Shown: positions 29,078 to 33,103 of the stretch, in pieces
Layout: every line of letters starts with the position of its first letter
How positions within the stretch are numbered: the first letter of the stretch is position 1
Assembly (NCBI GenBank): GCA_948505485.1
Contig: CAOPQH010000002.1
Coordinates: forward strand, 1 to 33,103
Length of the DNA stretch: 33,103 nucleotides
Reading direction: 5' to 3'
From: an uncultured Clostridia bacterium
GTDB lineage: Bacteria > Bacillota > Clostridia > TANB77 > CAG-508
Program-made: the position numbers and the translations under genes
Notes under the pieces: model-generated
Databases searched by the model: none
What the model was told of the DNA's origin: nothing
The model's input: the letters and a program-made list of their open reading frames with translations, nothing else

Positions 29078-29251
29078 TTTTGATGAAATTGCTTATAATG
29101 TACTTTTTTAAAGAATCTTTTATAAATTTTATTATCTAAAATTGATTAAAAGTAGTAATATGTGCATTTTTATGAGATAATCAAGACGAAGTCGTACGTT
29201 TGTACGTCGAGGTTTGATTATCGAAATTAAAATGTGCAGATTGCTGCTTTT
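29078..29251. repeat. Family B composite, copy E3 (core palindrome 29148-29251 plus a displaced E2-type left arm at 29078-29091)
   Basis: Outer stem aaaagtagtaat/attgctgctttt (2 G:T). Second stem tgtgcatttt/aaaatgtgca (2 G:T). Third stem gataatcaa/ttgattatc (perfect). Apex gacgaagtcgtacgtttgtacgtcgaggt. The 14-mer ttttgatgaaattg at 29078-29091 is identical to the start of the E2 left arm. Confidence 0.7.
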
Positions 29252-29261
29252 AATCTATTTT

Positions 29262-29447
29262 TTACCAGCTTGCTTTTTTAACACCTGGAATCTCACCTTT
29301 ATGTGCTAATTCTCTAAAACATACACGGCAAATTCCATATTTTCTAATAAAACTGTGTGGTCTACCACATAATTTACATCTATTATATTCTCTTGTTTTA
29401 TATTTTTGTGGTCTTGCTTGTTTTATTTTCATTGCTTTTTTAGCCAT
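29262..29447 (-). CDS. rpsN: 30S ribosomal protein S14, type Z (zinc-binding)
   Basis: 61 aa with CKLCGR...CRVCFRE. Confidence 0.97.
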   Translation of the reverse strand: MAKKAMKIKQARPQKYKTREYNRCKLCGRPHSFIRKYGICRVCFRELAHKGEIPGVKKASW

Positions 29448-29476
29448 TTATTTTTCTCCTTCCTTAATTTAGGAAC

Positions 29477-30016
29477 TTAAGCTTTAAAAGGCATTCCTAA
29501 AAGTTTTAATAATTCTCTAGCTTCTTCATCAGTTTTTGCTGTTGTAACAAATATAATATCCATTCCTCTTAATTTATCAACTTTATCATACTCGATTTCT
29601 GGGAATATTAATTGTTCTTTTACACCTATAGAGTAATTTCCTCTACCGTCAAAAGAATTTACTGATACTCCTCTAAAATCTCTTACTCTTGGAAGTGCTA
29701 CATTGAAGAATTTATAAGCAAAATCATACATTTTCTCTGCTCTTAATGTTACTTTACATCCAATGTTTACACCTTCTCTTAACTTAAAGGCTGCAATTGA
29801 TTTTTTTGCTTTAGTTATTACTGGCTTTTGACCTGTAATTTGAACTAAATCATTCATTGCATTTTCTAAAGCTTTAGGATTCTCCTTTGTGTCTCCTAAA
29901 CCGATATTTATAACTATTTTTGCAAGTTTTGGTGCTTGCATTACAGATTTATATTCAAATTTTTTCATTAATGCTGGGATTACTTCTTTTTCATATTGTT
30001 CTCTTAATTTTTCCAT
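29477..30016 (-). CDS. rplE: 50S ribosomal protein L5
   Basis: 179 aa, canonical L5 (NVMQAPKL-like, GMDI.FVTTA). Confidence 0.97.
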   Translation of the reverse strand: MEKLREQYEKEVIPALMKKFEYKSVMQAPKLAKIVINIGLGDTKENPKALENAMNDLVQITGQKPVITKAKKSIAAFKLREGVNIGCKVTLRAEKMYDFAYKFFNVALPRVRDFRGVSVNSFDGRGNYSIGVKEQLIFPEIEYDKVDKLRGMDIIFVTTAKTDEEARELLKLLGMPFKA

Positions 30017-30037
30017 TTATATTAATCCTCCTTTCTA

Positions 30038-30346
30038 TTATTTTAATTTTGCTCCGCATTTTTTACAAACACGCACTTTTTTATCATTTTCTATAATATA
30101 TCCTATTTTTGTAGCTTTACCACATTTTGAACATACTACATTAACTTTACCGTTTGGTATAGCACATTCTATAGGTATTATTCCGCCTTCTTCTCCTTGT
30201 TTTCTAGGTTTTACATGTTTTTTTCTAATATTAACACCCTTTACAATTACTTTTTCTGATTTTGGCATTACTTCTAAAACTTCTCCTGTTTTACCTTTAT
30301 CATTTCCTGATAAAACTTGAACAGTATCACCTTTTTTTATTTTCAT
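30038..30346 (-). CDS. rplX: 50S ribosomal protein L24 with a Cys4 (CxxC-19-CxxC) motif in the C-terminal part
   Basis: 102 aa. The KOW N-terminus KKGDTVQVLSGNDKGKTGEVL is canonical. The C-terminal VCSKCGKATKIGYIIENDKKVRVCKKCG is unusual. Confidence 0.95.
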   Translation of the reverse strand: MKIKKGDTVQVLSGNDKGKTGEVLEVMPKSEKVIVKGVNIRKKHVKPRKQGEEGGIIPIECAIPNGKVNVVCSKCGKATKIGYIIENDKKVRVCKKCGAKLK

Positions 30347-30399
30347 TATAGAGTTTCCCTCCTTTTTAGTTTTTTGGTTGATTTTTATTTAATTTAAAT

Positions 30400-30575
30400 C
30401 TATGCATCTTTAATCCTCAGAGCTAAAATGTCTACCGCACATTTTAGTTGAAGAAGCTACGACTAACTATTTGTAATATTCGTTCAGCCTAAGGGCTGTA
30501 CTCATTAACAAATGTTAAGCCTATGCATCTTTAATCCGTAATACTCAAATGTCTACTAGACATTTTCGTTAACGG
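30400..30575. repeat. Structured 176-nt spacer element: two ~55-nt direct repeats, each carrying a hairpin, flanking a central stem-loop
   Basis: The perfect 17-nt direct repeat ctatgcatctttaatcc occurs at 30400-30416 and 30521-30537. Each copy is followed, 8 nt later, by a hairpin (aaaatgt-ctaccgc-acatttt and aaatgtcta-c-tagacattt). The centre has atttgtaat/attaacaaat enclosing cagcc-taa-gggctg. Confidence 0.7.
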
Positions 30576-30576
30576 C

Positions 30577-30945
30577 TTAAAGAACTTCTGGGGCTAAAGA
30601 TAATATTTTCATATATTCTTTTTCTCTTAATTCCCTTGCAACTGGTCCAAATATACGTGTTCCTTTTGGTGTTCCGTCTTCTTTAATTATTACAGCTGCA
30701 TTTTCATCAAATTTAATATATGATCCATCTGCTCTTCTTAAACCTTTTTTTGTTCTTACTATAACTGCTTTTACTACTTCGCCTTTTTTTACAACGCCAC
30801 CTGGTGTTGCTGATTTAACAGAAGCAACTATAACATCTCCTATGTTAGATGTTTTTCTATATGATCCACCTAAACATCTGATACACATAATTTCTTTTGC
30901 ACCAGTGTTGTCTGCAACTTTTAATATTGTCTGTTGTTGTACCAT
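30577..30945 (-). CDS. rplN: 50S ribosomal protein L14
   Basis: 122 aa, [18 protein letters not shown], canonical L14. Confidence 0.97.
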   Translation of the reverse strand: MVQQQTILKVADNTGAKEIMCIRCLGGSYRKTSNIGDVIVASVKSATPGGVVKKGEVVKAVIVRTKKGLRRADGSYIKFDENAAVIIKEDGTPKGTRIFGPVARELREKEYMKILSLAPEVL

Positions 30946-30995
30946 GTTTATTTACCTCCCTTTAATTTTGTTAATAAACACCATAGTGTTAATCT

Positions 30996-31259
30996 TTATT
31001 TAATAACTGCTTTTTCTACAACTTCAACTACTCTCCATCTTTTATCCTTAGAAAGTGGTCTTGTTTCCATTACTTTTACTTTATCACCTATTTGGCAAGC
31101 ATTTTCTTCATCATGTGCTTTTAATTTATATGTTCTTTTAACTGTTTTTCCATATATCTTATGACTAACACTTGTTTCAACAGCTACTACAACTGTTTTA
31201 TCCATTTTATCAGATGTAACAGTACCAATCATAACTTTACGAAGATTTCTTTCTTCCAT
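30996..31259 (-). CDS. rpsQ: 30S ribosomal protein S17
   Basis: 87 aa, [14 protein letters not shown]...H..Y.K, canonical S17. Confidence 0.97.
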   Translation of the reverse strand: MEERNLRKVMIGTVTSDKMDKTVVVAVETSVSHKIYGKTVKRTYKLKAHDEENACQIGDKVKVMETRPLSKDKRWRVVEVVEKAVIK

Positions 31260-31302
31260 TTATGAATCCTCCTTCTTATTTTTCTAAGTTCTATATAATT
31301 TT

Positions 31303-31426
31303 GTGTCGGATATCGGATGTCTGTAAAATAGATGTCAGTTAATATATCTCTACTTCAGTTTTTACATATAACTTTTTTTGTATCTCTGACCTCTGATTTC
31401 TGACCTCTGATTTCTAACCTCTAATT
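31303..31426. repeat. Family A element, copy f (rpmC-rpsQ spacer), with 14-nt tandem repeats
   Basis: Left arm gtgtcgga tatcgga tgtctg..tagatgtcag. In the right arm, tctgacctctgatt occurs twice (31385-31398, 31399-31412), then tctaacctctaatt (31413-31426) overlaps the rpmC stop codon. Confidence 0.75.
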
Positions 31427-31637
31427 ATGCTTTTGATTCTGCAATTTTTCTTTCTGTTAATACAGTATTTATTTTTGCAATGTCTTTTTTAACTTCTTTA
31501 ATTTTCATTGGATTATCTAATCCATTTGTAGCTAAACTAAATTTTAATTTAAATAATTCTGATTTTAGTTCACCTAATTCTTTTTCTAAGTCTGGTGAAG
31601 ACATTTCTCTTATCTTATTTATCTTCATCATTATCAC
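31425..31637 (-). CDS. rpmC: 50S ribosomal protein L29
   Basis: The L29 helix-hairpin sequence ([24 protein letters not shown]) is present. The tracked start is GTG at 31637 inside the rplP 3' end. An ATG at 31631 or 31628 is at least as likely. Confidence 0.9.
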   Translation of the reverse strand: MIMMKINKIREMSSPDLEKELGELKSELFKLKFSLATNGLDNPMKIKEVKKDIAKINTVLTERKIAESKA

Positions 31638-32061
31638 CCACCTTGTTTTCAGTTTCTCTTGCTACGAATTTTGTTTTTATTGATAACTTATTTCTTGCAA
31701 GTCTTAAGGCTTCTCTTGCAGTTTCTTCTGGTACTCCTGCTATTTCAAACATTATTCTACCAGGTTTAACAACTGCTACCCAATATTCTGGAGCTCCTTT
31801 TCCTTTACCCATACGAGTTCCAATTGGTTTTGAAGTTATTGGTTTATCTGGAAAAATCTTTATCCAAACTTTTCCACCTCTCTTTATATAACGAGTCATA
31901 GCTACACGGGCTGCCTCTATTTGATTTCCTGTAATCCATCCTGCTTCTAATGCTTGTATCCCGTATTCTCCATCTGTAATTCTATTTCCTCTTGTTGCTT
32001 TTCCTCTCATTCTACCTTTTTGCATTTTTCTAAATTTTGTTCTTTTTGGCATTAATGGCAT
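31615..32061 (-). CDS. rplP: 50S ribosomal protein L16
   Basis: 148 aa, [17 protein letters not shown], canonical L16. The start overlaps the rpsC stop (TAATG). Confidence 0.97.
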   Translation of the reverse strand: MPLMPKRTKFRKMQKGRMRGKATRGNRITDGEYGIQALEAGWITGNQIEAARVAMTRYIKRGGKVWIKIFPDKPITSKPIGTRMGKGKGAPEYWVAVVKPGRIMFEIAGVPEETAREALRLARNKLSIKTKFVARETENKVGDNDEDK

Positions 32062-32717
32062 TATTTTTCTCCTCCTTCCACTTTCTTGGCTGGAAGAATT
32101 TCACCCTTATATATCCAAACTTTTACACCTATTTTTCCATATGTTGTATTTGCTTCTGCAAATCCATAATCTATATCAGCTCTTAAAGTTTGAAGTGGTA
32201 TTGTACCATCTTTATAGAATTCAGTTCTAGCCATATCAGCTCCACCTAATCTTCCAGATACTGCTGTTTTTATTCCCAAAGCACCTGCCTTCATAGATTT
32301 TTGCATACATTGTTTCATGGCTCTTCTGAATGAAATTCTTCTTTCTAATTGTCCAGCGATATTTTCTGCAACTAATTGTGCATCTATATCTATATTTTTT
32401 ACCTCAACAATATTTAAACTAATTTCTTTTCCAATTAATTTTGAAAGCTCAGTTTTTATACTTTCTGCTCCTGCTCCACCTTTTCCTATAACAATTCCTG
32501 GTTTAGCAGTATATACATTTGCTCTTACAAATTTTGCTGTTCTTTCAATTTCTATTTTTGAAATTCCAGCAGTATATAATTTTTTCTTTAAAAATTTACG
32601 GATTTTTTGATCTTCTACTAAATAATTCGCAAAATCTTTAGAATTTGCATACCATTTAGAATTCCAATCTTTTATTATCCCTACTCTAACTCCTGTTGGA
32701 TGTACTTTTTGTCCCAT
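32061..32717 (-). CDS. rpsC: 30S ribosomal protein S3
   Basis: 218 aa, [24 protein letters not shown], canonical S3. Confidence 0.97.
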   Translation of the reverse strand: MGQKVHPTGVRVGIIKDWNSKWYANSKDFANYLVEDQKIRKFLKKKLYTAGISKIEIERTAKFVRANVYTAKPGIVIGKGGAGAESIKTELSKLIGKEISLNIVEVKNIDIDAQLVAENIAGQLERRISFRRAMKQCMQKSMKAGALGIKTAVSGRLGGADMARTEFYKDGTIPLQTLRADIDYGFAEANTTYGKIGVKVWIYKGEILPAKKVEGGEK

Positions 32718-32736
32718 TTATTTAAATCCTCCTTTC

Positions 32737-33090
32737 TTATTTGTCATCTCTTAACACTATTGTAATATGACTTGTTCTTTTTCTTATTCTAACTGCAGAT
32801 CCTTTTGCAGCTGGTCTTATTCTTTTTAATGTTGGTCCTTGATTTGCATAAATTTCAGCAACATATAAATTTTCATGTTTCATGTTGTGGTTATTCTCAG
32901 CGTTTGCTATTGCTGATTTTAATAATTTTTCTATTATTTTTGAAGAAGCTTTTGGTGTAAATTTAACTATAGCTAATGCTTCGTCTACACTTTTACCTCT
33001 TATTAAATCTGCAACAATTTTTACTTTTCTTGAAGATATTCTTGCAAATTTAAGAGTTGCTTTAGCTTCTATTACTGTTGTTTCTTCCAC
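32737..33090 (-). CDS. rplV: 50S ribosomal protein L22
   Basis: 117 aa. GTG start with GGAGGG 7 nt upstream. Contains [28 protein letters not shown], canonical L22. Confidence 0.95.
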   Translation of the reverse strand: MEETTVIEAKATLKFARISSRKVKIVADLIRGKSVDEALAIVKFTPKASSKIIEKLLKSAIANAENNHNMKHENLYVAEIYANQGPTLKRIRPAAKGSAVRIRKRTSHITIVLRDDK

Positions 33091-33103
33091 GGATTTTCCC
33101 TCC

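Overview
Very AT-rich, low-GC Firmicutes-type chromosome (Clostridia/Tissierellia-like; a spoVT gene is present). Almost everything is transcribed on the minus strand. The right 14 kb (19.3-33.1 kb) is the S10-spc-alpha ribosomal protein cluster, running rplV, rpsC, rplP, rpmC, rpsQ, rplN, rplX, rplE, rpsN, rpsH, rplF, rplR, rpsE, rplO, secY, adk, map, infA, rpmJ, rpsM, rpsK, rpsD, rpoA, rplQ. The middle carries housekeeping genes: recD2, comFC, spoVT, a short alaS-like gene, a HIT protein, a sortase, ligA, an MBL hydrolase and dprA. A solitary KAP-like P-loop NTPase is inserted among them. The left 5 kb looks like a remnant of a mobilisable element: a frameshifted MobV relaxase, a candidate oriT, a wHTH protein, a small HTH protein and a divergent DnaB-like helicase. 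The main accessory system is an apparently complete type III toxin-antitoxin locus at 6112-6829. It consists of a consensus promoter, three tandem 36-37-nt ToxI-like RNA repeats, an attenuator hairpin and a ToxN/AbiQ-family endoribonuclease gene. The second notable feature is that the normally compact r-protein operon has many spacers of 140-340 bp. These spacers hold at least two dispersed repeat families: heptamer-array inverted-arm elements in six copies, and nested long palindromes of about 95-175 nt with a conserved apex in three copies. A 176-nt structured duplication lies between rplN and rplX. rpmD (L30) is absent from its usual slot. No rRNA, tRNA or CRISPR array was seen. All calls come from reading the sequence by eye and from remembered family motifs; no searches were run.
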